Origin: Methanobacteriota archaeon | GTDB lineage: Archaea; Thermoplasmatota; Thermoplasmata; SG8-5; JAGLSY01 | NCBI GenBank assembly: GCA_020696385.1 | Contig: JAEHCQ010000002.1 | Span: 224,001 to 288,000 of the forward strand | Reading direction: 5' to 3' | DNA: 64,000 nt | Position numbers and translations under genes: made by a program | The notes under the pieces: generated by a model | The model's input: the letters and a program-made list of their open reading frames with translations, nothing else | Database searches by the model: none | Told to the model about the DNA's origin: nothing | Part shown: one piece after another, positions 49,439-58,918 of the stretch | Layout: every line of letters begins with the position of its first letter | How positions within the stretch are numbered: position 1 is the stretch's first letter

Positions 49439-50053
49439 CTAAGGTATTCGGCAAAACTCTTCAAGTGTGCTGGCCAGTAGGACCTTGCTGGCCAGTTTCT
49501 GATTGCCAAGTGTGTCAAAGGGTTTGTTACCATAATCATGACCAGGATAGACTATTAAGTCATTTGGCAATTCCTTCAGCCTGGCCAGTGTATTGAACAT
49601 CTCCCGATTACTGCCATCCGGGAGATCCACCCTCCCGCAATCGCCGATGAAAAGAGTGTCGCCAGTCAATAGATACTTATCATCCACCAGGAGGCATATC
49701 CCGCCCCTGGTGTGCCCGGGGGTGTGTATTATTTTAATTTCTATTTCCCCGATATTCAGTATCTGGCCATCCTGAAGAGTGCTATCCACGCCCCCTTTGA
49801 TCTTGGGGGCGTCCAGTTCGTGAGCCAGTATCTGAGGTGAGAATAGTTTTTTTACAGAATCATTGGCCGCGGTATGATCCGCGTGGTGGTGGGTGTTGAT
49901 GATGTAAGTAAGATCAAGACCCAGCTCGGAAAGGCGCTTTAATGAATCAGCGGCACTGAATCCGGGATCCACGAGGGCGGCTTCCTTCGCTTCCTCCGAG
50001 TATATGAGATATGAATAATTGTCACGGCCAGTCAATATCTGTTCCACTGTCAT
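49439..50053 (-). CDS. MBL-fold hydrolase (glyoxalase II-like)
   Basis: THHHADH, HTPGHT, TGDTLF and YPGHDY. Confidence 0.93.
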   Translation of the reverse strand: MTVEQILTGRDNYSYLIYSEEAKEAALVDPGFSAADSLKRLSELGLDLTYIINTHHHADHTAANDSVKKLFSPQILAHELDAPKIKGGVDSTLQDGQILNIGEIEIKIIHTPGHTRGGICLLVDDKYLLTGDTLFIGDCGRVDLPDGSNREMFNTLARLKELPNDLIVYPGHDYGNKPFDTLGNQKLASKVLLASTLEEFCRIP

Positions 50054-50076
50054 ACAGGTATGATGGTGGACATTGT

Positions 50077-51066
50077 TTATAATTTATTCTGGTCTTTATT
50101 ATTATCAGATACCTTTCCCAAAAGTTGGGATATAATCATACCAGCCAGCATCAGGCCAGCCCCCATCATGCCCCTTGGAGAAAGAGTTTCATTCAATACG
50201 ATCCAGCCACCGATTGCCGCGAATACCGCTTCCAGACTGAGGATGATGGCCGCATGTGCGGGATGGGCTTTTTTCTGGGCGAATACCTGGAGTGTGTAGG
50301 CTATTCCTACGGAAATCGCGCCCCCGTAAAGGATGGGGACCGCGGCCTTGGCGATACTGGATATCAAAATGGTCTCGGTTGCCAGTGCGACCAGCATGCT
50401 GAGGAGCGCGCATATGAAAAATTGGGTTATGGCCAGCTCGATCGCATTGATTCGAGGTGAGAGATGGCTGATGATCAACACATGGGCGGCCCAGAAGATC
50501 GCTCCGAGAAGCACCAGAAGGTCACCCCATGCGATGTTGAAACCTTCTGTCACGCTGAGTAGGTACAGACCCAGTGCGGCCAGTATTGCCCCAGCAAATG
50601 TCCCTATGCTGGTTTTCCTGCCCAAAGCGATGCCCATGATCGGCACTATCACGACATATAGTCCCGTGATGAAGCCCGCGTTCCCAGCGGTCGTGTGCAC
50701 GATGCCCATCTGCTGTAATGACGCCCCCATGAAGAGCACCAGGCCGAGTAGGATACTGCCCATGATGGCGCCTATCTTGTTCCTAGCGTGCGATCGTCTA
50801 TCTGGATGATCAGCAGATATTACTGTTTTGGAAGTTCGCTTTTTTCGAGGAGCTAATAATAGAAATGGCAGTAAAACAGCGGCACCCAGTGCGAAACGGA
50901 TACCATTAAAAGTGAAGGGACCTACATGCTCCATCCCCATCCTCTGGGCGACAAAAGCGAATCCCCAAATTCCCGCGGTCAGAAGGAGCATGGCATCTGA
51001 TAAATTATTGCCTTTTTTGGGACTGTGCTTGGACTTCATCAATACGCTCCTCGTGCTGCTGGCCAT
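50077..51066 (-). CDS. DMT/EamA family transporter
   Basis: IWGFAFVAQ, GFITGLYV and LSLEAVFA; about ten TM segments. Confidence 0.92.
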   Translation of the reverse strand: MASSTRSVLMKSKHSPKKGNNLSDAMLLLTAGIWGFAFVAQRMGMEHVGPFTFNGIRFALGAAVLLPFLLLAPRKKRTSKTVISADHPDRRSHARNKIGAIMGSILLGLVLFMGASLQQMGIVHTTAGNAGFITGLYVVIVPIMGIALGRKTSIGTFAGAILAALGLYLLSVTEGFNIAWGDLLVLLGAIFWAAHVLIISHLSPRINAIELAITQFFICALLSMLVALATETILISSIAKAAVPILYGGAISVGIAYTLQVFAQKKAHPAHAAIILSLEAVFAAIGGWIVLNETLSPRGMMGAGLMLAGMIISQLLGKVSDNNKDQNKL

Positions 51067-51194
51067 ATCCTATACCATTGACTCCGATGACATGCGGGCT
51101 TATATTGTTTATTGAATCATCTACAAGCCTGCATTGGGAAAAATCCTAATATCGCATGCGGCATATTGTGAGTGTGGATCGGAGAACGAGTGTG

Positions 51195-52001
51195 ATGACT
51201 GGAGAACGAATTCAGGGAAATATTTTCGATATCAAGAGATATGCCATTCACGACGGGAATGGCATCAGGGTCACGGTCTTCATGCGGGGGTGTCCTCTTG
51301 ATTGCTGGTGGTGTCACAATCCGGAAGGTATACGGCCCAGGCAAGCTGGGCAGCCCGGGCAATCGGGACAGACTACACCGCATACATCAAAAGCTGGACA
51401 AAGATCGATATCTGTCAATGAGCTTATTCAAGAGGTGGAAAAGGATCTGATATTCATCGACGAATCCGGCGGAGGTGTTACTTTCTCCGGAGGCGAACCT
51501 TTGATGCAGCCAGACTTTCTTATCAACGCCCTCGAAGCATTTGGAAAAAGGTACGTTCACAGAACCCTGGACACTTCAGGATTCGCCGATACCGAAGTCT
51601 TCGCCAGCGTGTTGGAGCATGTGGATCAGGTATTGTTCGATCTCAAATTGATAAATGAGGAGGAGCATGCCAAATACACTGGTGTGTCGAATGACCTGAT
51701 ATTGAAAAATCTCCGGATACTGGATCAAAGTGAGAAAGATGTGATATTGAGATTGCCCGTCATACCCGGGATCACGGATGTTGAGTCCAACATCCGTGCC
51801 ATCGGGGAATTGGTATCCACCCTGGAAAATATCGATACTTTGGAATTGCTGTCATACCATGCCACGGCCAGAGCGAAATACGAGAGGCTGGGTGTCGAGT
51901 TCCGGATGGGTGATATCGTGCCTGTGAGTGAGCGAGATTTGGTATCAATTAAATATACTATGGAAAGCATGGGGATAAAAGTGATTGGAGGACCGGAATG
52001 A
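51195..52001 (+). CDS. Glycyl-radical enzyme activating enzyme (radical SAM)
   Basis: HDGNGIR.TVF..GCPLDCWWCHNPE and GVTFSGGEP. Confidence 0.94.
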   Translation: MTGERIQGNIFDIKRYAIHDGNGIRVTVFMRGCPLDCWWCHNPEGIRPRQAGQPGQSGQTTPHTSKAGQRSISVNELIQEVEKDLIFIDESGGGVTFSGGEPLMQPDFLINALEAFGKRYVHRTLDTSGFADTEVFASVLEHVDQVLFDLKLINEEEHAKYTGVSNDLILKNLRILDQSEKDVILRLPVIPGITDVESNIRAIGELVSTLENIDTLELLSYHATARAKYERLGVEFRMGDIVPVSERDLVSIKYTMESMGIKVIGGPE

Positions 52002-54358
52002 ACTCTCGTATCCAGAAGCTCAGAGAAGATAGTATATCGGCTGTTCCAGAGGTATCGGCAGAGCGAGCGGCCCTTGTAACTGAGTATTACAAGAGCGTGG
52101 AAGGTCAGGATATTCCAATACCCATTAAGAGAGCCAGTGCCTTCAAACACATTATGATGAATAAAGAATTGTGCATATTGAAGGGAGAGCTCATTGTGGG
52201 CGAAAGAGGCCCGTCACCCAAGGCCACTCCCACATACCCGGAGATCTGCATCCATTCTTTGGATGATCTTCAAGTACTGGACACCAGGCTGAAGATACCG
52301 TATAAAGTATCTTCAGATGTGAAGGATATTTATCAAAGAGAGATAATTCCATTCTGGGAAGGCAGATCGCAAAGAGAGCTCATATTCAAGAACATGAAAG
52401 AAGACTGGCTGGCAGCATATGAGGCGGGTGTTTTCACAGAGTTCATGGAACAACGGCCTCCGGGACACACGGCACTCGATGATAAGATCTACAAAAAAGG
52501 ATTTTTGGATTTTCAGAAAGATATCCAAGCCAGTATTGGAAATATTGATGAGAATCACCCTGAAGCGCGCGGAAAAAAGGACGAACTGGAGGCCATGCGG
52601 ATAAGCCTCGACGCCCTCATTGGTTTCGCAGAGCGGCACGCGGAAAGATTGGAAGAGATGGCGCGCGTGGAACCGGATGCTGACAGGAAAAAGGAAATTG
52701 AGGAGATGGTGCGCGTATGCCGTCGAGTGCCAGCAAACTCTCCAGAGAGCTTCTGGGAGGCCATCCAGTATTATTGGTTCGTCCATATCGGGATCATCAC
52801 CGAGGTGAATCCCTGGGATGCTTTCAATCCAGGAAGACTGGACCAACACCTTTATCCATTTTACAAACAAGAGATAGAAGCTGGCACATTGACCGAAGAG
52901 AGAGCGAAAGAGCTTCTTCAAGCCCTCTGGATCAAGTTCAATAATCATCCAGCTCCCCCGAAGGTCGGTGTCACTTCCAAGGAAAGCAGCACTTACACGG
53001 ACTTCGCCCTTATCAATCTGGGTGGATTGAAGGAAGATGGCTCAGATGCCGTGAACGACCTGAGCTACCTGATACTGGATGTCATTGGCGAGATGAGGTT
53101 GGTACAACCAAGCTCCATGATCCAGCTGAGTAAGAAGAACCCGGATAGGTTCATCAAACACGCGATCCAGATCGTTCGATCTGGATTCGGCCAGCCGTCG
53201 GTGTTTAACACCGATGCCATTGTTCAGGAATTGATGCTTCAAGGCAAACGCCTTGAAGACGCACGGACTGGCGGGGCCAGTGGCTGTGTGGAAAGCGGGG
53301 CCTTTGGCAAAGAAGCCTACATACTCACTGGCTATTTCAATATCCCCAAGGTCCTGGAGATCGCACTACATAATGGCCATGATCCACGCACTGGCAATAA
53401 AGTGGGCGTGGAAACTGGCGATCCATCCAAATTCGAATCCTTTGACCAGCTCTACGAAGCTTTCGAAAAACAAATGAAATATTTCATAGATATCAAGATA
53501 ATTGGTAACAATATCATTGACCAACTGTATGCCAGATACCTCCCAGTTCCCTTCCTATCGACCATGATAGATGATTGCATATCCGAAGGAAAGGACTATC
53601 ATGATGGGGGTGCGAGATACAATACCAGCTACATCCAGGGTGTGGGTTTGGGAAGCATAACCGATTCCCTTGTTTCGATCAAACATAACGTGTTTGATCG
53701 AAAGACAGCGACCATGACCGAGTTCCAGAAGGCACTGGCAGAGGACTTTGATGGTTCTCCAGAGCTGCACCATGCGATTATGGAGAACACACCGAAATAC
53801 GGTAATGATGATGATCGAGCCGATGATATCATGAAAAGAGTCTTCAACACCTACTATGGACTGATCGATGGTCGGCCGAATTCCAGAGGCGGCCAGCATA
53901 GGATCAATCTTCTTCCCACGACCGTCCATATTTACTTCGGCAGTGTGATCGGTGCTTTGCCAGATGGGAGAAAGGCTGGCCAGCCATTGTCCGAGGGCGT
54001 GTCCCCTGTTCAGGGGGCGGATAGGAATGGGCCCACTTCAGTCCTCCGATCAGCTGGCAAGATAGATCATATAAGAACTGGTGGCACTCTTTTGAACCAG
54101 AAATTCACGCCACAATTGCTCGCTGATGATGCGGGGAGGAACAAGCTGGCACATCTCATTAGAGGGTATTTCAAAATGGACGGCCATCATATTCAATTCA
54201 ATGTAGTGACTGCCGAGGCTCTCAGAAAGGCGCAGCAAGAGCCTGAGAAACACCGTGATCTGATCGTCAGGGTGGCTGGCTACAGTGATTATTTCGTGGA
54301 TCTAGCACCTGAACTCCAAGAAGAGATCATCAATAGGACGGAGCATCAGGATCTCTAA
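51998..54358 (+). CDS. hypD: Glycyl radical enzyme, trans-4-hydroxy-L-proline dehydratase type
   Basis: FTEFMEQR.PGHT, NPWDAF, PAPPKVG.T.KESSTYTDF, SGCVE, LTGYFN, LPTT and RVAGY. Confidence 0.88.
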   Translation: MNSRIQKLREDSISAVPEVSAERAALVTEYYKSVEGQDIPIPIKRASAFKHIMMNKELCILKGELIVGERGPSPKATPTYPEICIHSLDDLQVLDTRLKIPYKVSSDVKDIYQREIIPFWEGRSQRELIFKNMKEDWLAAYEAGVFTEFMEQRPPGHTALDDKIYKKGFLDFQKDIQASIGNIDENHPEARGKKDELEAMRISLDALIGFAERHAERLEEMARVEPDADRKKEIEEMVRVCRRVPANSPESFWEAIQYYWFVHIGIITEVNPWDAFNPGRLDQHLYPFYKQEIEAGTLTEERAKELLQALWIKFNNHPAPPKVGVTSKESSTYTDFALINLGGLKEDGSDAVNDLSYLILDVIGEMRLVQPSSMIQLSKKNPDRFIKHAIQIVRSGFGQPSVFNTDAIVQELMLQGKRLEDARTGGASGCVESGAFGKEAYILTGYFNIPKVLEIALHNGHDPRTGNKVGVETGDPSKFESFDQLYEAFEKQMKYFIDIKIIGNNIIDQLYARYLPVPFLSTMIDDCISEGKDYHDGGARYNTSYIQGVGLGSITDSLVSIKHNVFDRKTATMTEFQKALAEDFDGSPELHHAIMENTPKYGNDDDRADDIMKRVFNTYYGLIDGRPNSRGGQHRINLLPTTVHIYFGSVIGALPDGRKAGQPLSEGVSPVQGADRNGPTSVLRSAGKIDHIRTGGTLLNQKFTPQLLADDAGRNKLAHLIRGYFKMDGHHIQFNVVTAEALRKAQQEPEKHRDLIVRVAGYSDYFVDLAPELQEEIINRTEHQDL

Positions 54359-54393
54359 GTATGCAGAAAGCTTGTAAGTTATCTGAAGCTGGA

Positions 54394-54431
54394 TCCTGAA
54401 TTTCAATCTCAGCAGGGTTTGAAATTCAGGA
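54394..54431 (+). terminator. 13-bp-stem hairpin after hypD
   Basis: TCCTGAATTTCAA-N12-TTGAAATTCAGGA. Confidence 0.6.
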
Positions 54432-54482
54432 CAAACAATATTTAATCTGTTAACTTAATGGCCTTGGTAAAGATCTGATAAT

Positions 54483-56342
54483 ATGGTGAATGTGAATAGA
54501 TATAAAACAGCTAATGATTATCAATTATCAGCCCTGCGTCGTTATCCCGCGCTCACTGTGGTGGCTGTCGGACTGGCACTGTTCGCTTCCTTGCTAACCA
54601 CTATGTCATCCTGGGTATTGGGAGATGCGGTTGATGAATTAGCACTGGCTGTCGAGGGCGATCTCGGCCTTACAGCGGGATTCATTCAAAGCTGCTGGTA
54701 CATCCTGGGGATAGCTGGCCTTCTTTTCATCACCTACATCGTCGTGGGATATGCCTTTGCCATCATCACATTGAGATGGGAAAGGGACGCTCGCCAGGAG
54801 TTTTTCGATGTTATCCAAAAGAACAGCATGACATTCCACGATCAGGTGGATAGTAAACAATTGCTGGCAGTCGCGATGCAGGATATTCGATGGGTGCGTT
54901 TTTCACTTAATCCCGCGCTCAGGAACATCATCATGGCGATTGGATCACTTATCATCGCCTCCATATTGCTGGCCTGGATAGACATCGAGGCAGGGCTCTT
55001 CCCCACACTTGGCGTGATAGTTTCGATCGGATCACCACTTTACCTTTTCTTCGCCTATCGCTATGCCGTGGCCATCGAGCCAGTTAGAAGGGAGAGGTCG
55101 GAGCAGAATGAGAAGATGACCGCGGTCAGCCAGGAGGTTTTCCGAGGCATTGAAGTTGTTAGGGCCTTTGGCACCGAAAGGGTGGAGATGAAGAAGTTCG
55201 AGAAGGTGTCAAAAGAGTATCAGCGACTTCTGACAAAAGAAGGGAGGCTGGCAGCTTTCTATATCCCCAATCTCATTCTCACTCTGACCACGGCTGTTGC
55301 TTTCATTTACGTCGCTAATCAGGTAATGGAAGGGATGTTTCCGATAGGCACTCTGGTCAAAGCCATCGCATTGCTGGCAGCTGTCGATGGATTCAGCCAC
55401 ATGCTGCCCCGATTTCTTCTTGTCATTCGTGGCGGGCATGTGAATGCCAAACGAATAGTCAAAATTCTGAGCTGGGAGGATCCGATGGAGGAGCCGACCA
55501 ATCCAGTGAAGAAGATCGACTGGAAAGCTGACATCGTTTTCGAGAATGTCAGTTTCGGCTACACTTCCAGCGATGGGGATGTCAATTCCTATGCCCTGAA
55601 GGATCTTAATTTCAAAATACCAGGCGGCTCGAGGGTGGCGTTGATAGGCGGGCCAGGCGGAGGAAAGACCACCATATTGAAGCTGCTGCTTCGTCTGTAT
55701 GATCCGTCTGAAGGTCGGATCATCATAGGAAATACTAATCTGAATAAGGTACACACGAAGGATGTTCGCGATGCGGTCGGACTGGTGGAGCAGAATGTGT
55801 TTCTTTTCAGAAAGAGTATCAAAGGTAACATAGCATTTGGACGCGCGGATGCCTCGGACGAGGAGATTGAAAAGGCAGCGGAGAGGGCTCAGGCAGCGGA
55901 ATTCATCGATGAGTTGGAAGAAGGATATGAGACCGTTATCGGTGAGAGAGGCATGACCCTGAGCGGGGGTCAGAGACAGAGACTGGCAATCGCCCGTACC
56001 ATTCTGCAAGATCCGAAAATATTACTGTTGGATGATTCCGCTAGCGCGATAGATGCGAGGACGGAATATCTTTTACGTAAAGCTCTGGACGAGGTCATGC
56101 ATGATCGAACCAGCATAACCGTGACCCAGAGATTGAGAACATTACTCGAAGCAGATATAATCATCATAGTGGATAAAGGTAAATTGGTAGCAATGGGCAA
56201 GCATGACGAGCTATTGGCCACATCCAAACATTACCAAAGAATATTCAGCCATCTTCCAGAGGCGGTATCTTATAATTCAGCAAATAAAGGAAAGACTGGC
56301 ACAAACTCAGAGGATATTGTGAATGAAGGAGGTGGGAACTGA
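54483..56342 (+). CDS. ABC exporter, fused TMD-NBD (degenerate-site half)
   Basis: GGPGGGKT, LSGGQ, LLLDD and Q in place of the switch His. Confidence 0.93.
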   Translation: MVNVNRYKTANDYQLSALRRYPALTVVAVGLALFASLLTTMSSWVLGDAVDELALAVEGDLGLTAGFIQSCWYILGIAGLLFITYIVVGYAFAIITLRWERDARQEFFDVIQKNSMTFHDQVDSKQLLAVAMQDIRWVRFSLNPALRNIIMAIGSLIIASILLAWIDIEAGLFPTLGVIVSIGSPLYLFFAYRYAVAIEPVRRERSEQNEKMTAVSQEVFRGIEVVRAFGTERVEMKKFEKVSKEYQRLLTKEGRLAAFYIPNLILTLTTAVAFIYVANQVMEGMFPIGTLVKAIALLAAVDGFSHMLPRFLLVIRGGHVNAKRIVKILSWEDPMEEPTNPVKKIDWKADIVFENVSFGYTSSDGDVNSYALKDLNFKIPGGSRVALIGGPGGGKTTILKLLLRLYDPSEGRIIIGNTNLNKVHTKDVRDAVGLVEQNVFLFRKSIKGNIAFGRADASDEEIEKAAERAQAAEFIDELEEGYETVIGERGMTLSGGQRQRLAIARTILQDPKILLLDDSASAIDARTEYLLRKALDEVMHDRTSITVTQRLRTLLEADIIIIVDKGKLVAMGKHDELLATSKHYQRIFSHLPEAVSYNSANKGKTGTNSEDIVNEGGGN

Positions 56343-58288
56343 TGGCCGCACCAAGGGGGCCAGCCATGATGATGGAGAAAGAGAAGCGTAGCAGGCCGAT
56401 GCGCGTATTGCTGCGTAGCATGTTCGGTTATCTCGGACAGTTCAAAAGAATCATCTTCGGAGCCGCCATACTCTCGATACTGGCTACCATCTTCCTCGCG
56501 GTCGACCCCCTCGTGCTATCTTGGGGTATCGATCTTGTCATGGAGCCAGGAACTGACCTCAATAATATCCTGATCCTGGGGGCTTTGTTCACTGGCCTGA
56601 AAGTGACCAGTTGGGTTTTAGCCAGTATAAATACCTGGATAATGGCCGGAGCCCAGGCGGGCTTTGTCCGATCCCTGCAACAGGATGTTTACAATAAGCT
56701 CGTGAAGGCCGACCTCTCATATCACCATGGGGAGCAAAGCGGCGATGTGACCTCCAGAGTGACATCGGATACTGATTCTCTAGGTGCGGGCATACAGATA
56801 ATCATAGAACTGGCCAGCCAGATATTGCTCGTCATAGCGACTTTCACCCTCATGTGGATGACATCGCCCTTCGTCGCATTGGCGGCCCTCATGGTGGTTC
56901 CTGTTGTCATTCTGATCATGGTGATCTTCGGAACCGTGGGCCAGAGGATCATGTTGGCAACCCATAGAGCGGCAGGCAAGGTCTCTGGCCAGATAGCGGA
57001 GAACCTTGGCGGAGTTCAGGTCGCCAAGGCCTTCAATCGCGAGAAGGAAACATCTTCCACACTGGGTGAACTGAATGAGGAGGCATATCGACATGGCTTC
57101 AAGTTCATGATGCTGATGACATTGATGCAACCTCTCATAAGGGCGACTGGCATTGCCGCCGTGTCCGCAATTCTGTTCGTCGGAGGAACTCTAATCACTG
57201 GCTCTACATCCACACTGACACTGGGAGAGGTCTTCCTTGGAACTATCCTGATCCAGAGATTCTTCATGCCATTGCTTATTCTGAGCATGAACGCGACCCA
57301 ATTCCAGGCATCACTGGCATCCATGGATAGACTCATGGATGTTCTCGAGGCCGAGCCGAAAGTGAGAGATTCGGATAATGCATCGCCATTGAAAGATGAT
57401 AGCGATGGTATCAGGTTCGAAAATGTGACCTTTTCCTATCTCGAAGGATCGGAGGTCCTTCGAGACGTGAGCTTCACGATAGAACCAGAGAAAATGGTGG
57501 CTATAGTCGGCCACACAGGTGCGGGAAAAAGCACAGTGGCTTCCCTTCTGAGCAGATTCTATGATCCACAGGAAGGAAATGTGTTGATAGGTGATCAGAA
57601 TATCAAGGATATCAAACTCGCATCCCTTCATGATTCCCTGGCTTTGATAGCGCAGGAACCGTATCTTTTCGATGGCACTATCTACGATAATATCAGATAT
57701 GCGTGTCCTTCGGCCAGTAATGAAGAGATCATGGAACTTAGTAAGATGATCGGAGCCCATGAGTTCATCGAGGTCCTGCCTGCGGGATATGACACGCAAT
57801 TGATAGAAGAAGGCAAGAACCTCAGCGCGGGCCAGATACAGATGATATCCATAGCGAGGACGATGCTGGCCGATCCGAAGATCCTCATACTTGATGAAGC
57901 GACCAGCCGCCTGGATGCTTATTCCGAATCACTTGTTCAGGAAGCTCAGGAAAGATTATTCTCCAAAAGAACGACTATCGTGATCGCCCACAGATTATCC
58001 ACAATTGCCAAAGCCTCCAGAATACTGGTGTTCGATCATGGAAAACTAGTGGAACAGGGCACGAATGAGGAATTATTGTCATTGGGCGGAAGATACAAAG
58101 CCCTTTACGACACCTATTATTCACATCAATCTGCCAGCGAGATATCCGAGGACACTATGAAGGTGGCTGGGAAGGAGATGAATAAGGTGGAGAAGAAGCC
58201 TGGCATGACTTCTGGAAAGACACCAGGTAAAATGGGTGGAATGGGGAGTGGGGCTATGCATAGACAAGGCCAGGGGCATGGGAAATAG
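56342..58288 (+). CDS. ABC exporter, fused TMD-NBD (partner half)
   Basis: GHTGAGKS, LSAGQ, ILDEAT and AHRLST. Confidence 0.93.
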   Translation: MAAPRGPAMMMEKEKRSRPMRVLLRSMFGYLGQFKRIIFGAAILSILATIFLAVDPLVLSWGIDLVMEPGTDLNNILILGALFTGLKVTSWVLASINTWIMAGAQAGFVRSLQQDVYNKLVKADLSYHHGEQSGDVTSRVTSDTDSLGAGIQIIIELASQILLVIATFTLMWMTSPFVALAALMVVPVVILIMVIFGTVGQRIMLATHRAAGKVSGQIAENLGGVQVAKAFNREKETSSTLGELNEEAYRHGFKFMMLMTLMQPLIRATGIAAVSAILFVGGTLITGSTSTLTLGEVFLGTILIQRFFMPLLILSMNATQFQASLASMDRLMDVLEAEPKVRDSDNASPLKDDSDGIRFENVTFSYLEGSEVLRDVSFTIEPEKMVAIVGHTGAGKSTVASLLSRFYDPQEGNVLIGDQNIKDIKLASLHDSLALIAQEPYLFDGTIYDNIRYACPSASNEEIMELSKMIGAHEFIEVLPAGYDTQLIEEGKNLSAGQIQMISIARTMLADPKILILDEATSRLDAYSESLVQEAQERLFSKRTTIVIAHRLSTIAKASRILVFDHGKLVEQGTNEELLSLGGRYKALYDTYYSHQSASEISEDTMKVAGKEMNKVEKKPGMTSGKTPGKMGGMGSGAMHRQGQGHGK

Positions 58289-58335
58289 AGTGTTCTGATC
58301 AATTATTTCTAAATGGATGAAATAGAAAAAAGAGA

Positions 58336-58448
58336 TGGACCCATCGGGATTTGAACCCGAGCCCTCCTGCTGGTTTGGGATTGGACGAATTATGTCATTC
58401 GCCCAAACCATGCAAAGCAGGCGATCTTCCAGTCTGATCTATGAGCCC
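58336..58448 (-). tRNA. tRNA-Ala(TGC) with 39-nt intron at 37/38 (58372-58410)
   Basis: GGGCTCA/TGGGTCC acceptor, CCTGC-TTTGCA^A-GCAGG anticodon arm, self-pairing intron. Confidence 0.93.
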
Positions 58449-58608
58449 ATGTCGTGTCCCAAGTTTGATATTCCTATACCGAATGTCAAACTTGGTCTGT
58501 ATAGGTCGGAAAATACCCAATGGATAAAACGTTTTCGGATGATTGTCAATAAACATCAATAGGTGAACTGTTAAATACAATTTGGAATTACAGGATTAGT
58601 GATATAAA

Positions 58609-58683
58609 GGGCGCGTGGCCTAGCCAGGATATGGCGACAGCCTCCTAAGCTGTAAGTCAAGGGTTCGAATCCCTTCGCGCTCG
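58609..58683 (+). tRNA. tRNA-Arg(CCT)
   Basis: ACAGC-CTCCTAA-GCTGT and GGTTCGAATCC. Confidence 0.95.
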
Positions 58684-58726
58684 CTTTTATTTATTTTGGA
58701 TTCGTAGAGTAAGAAGGATGAGAACA

Positions 58727-58819
58727 AAGTTCGACGAGATTTATCTGAATATGATGAAGATAAATCGAGCTGGACTTGTTAGCTTTGCGAACAAGTCCAG
58801 GATCCCTTCGCGCTCGCTT
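58727..58819 (+). repeat. tRNA-3'-anchored two-hairpin cassette, copy 2
   Basis: Same core as 37500-37575, followed by a perfect 18-bp copy of the tRNA-Arg 3' end and flank. Confidence 0.88.
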
Positions 58820-58918
58820 ATATTTTTTCTAAATGTGACTTTACAAATTAACCCTACACATTTAGAAGATCTAACACGTTTCCAACCATATTACCAGTAA
58901 AGTGTTTGATTCGATTTT

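Noticed and set aside
51998-54358. Pyruvate formate-lyase
   Set aside because: It has a single-Cys GCVE loop rather than the adjacent Cys-Cys pair, and HypD-type motifs are present.
37434-58608. Prophage or integrative island between tRNA-Lys and tRNA-Arg
   Set aside because: The tRNA-end duplications are local (under 170 bp), the interval holds housekeeping genes such as adk, and no integrase is present.
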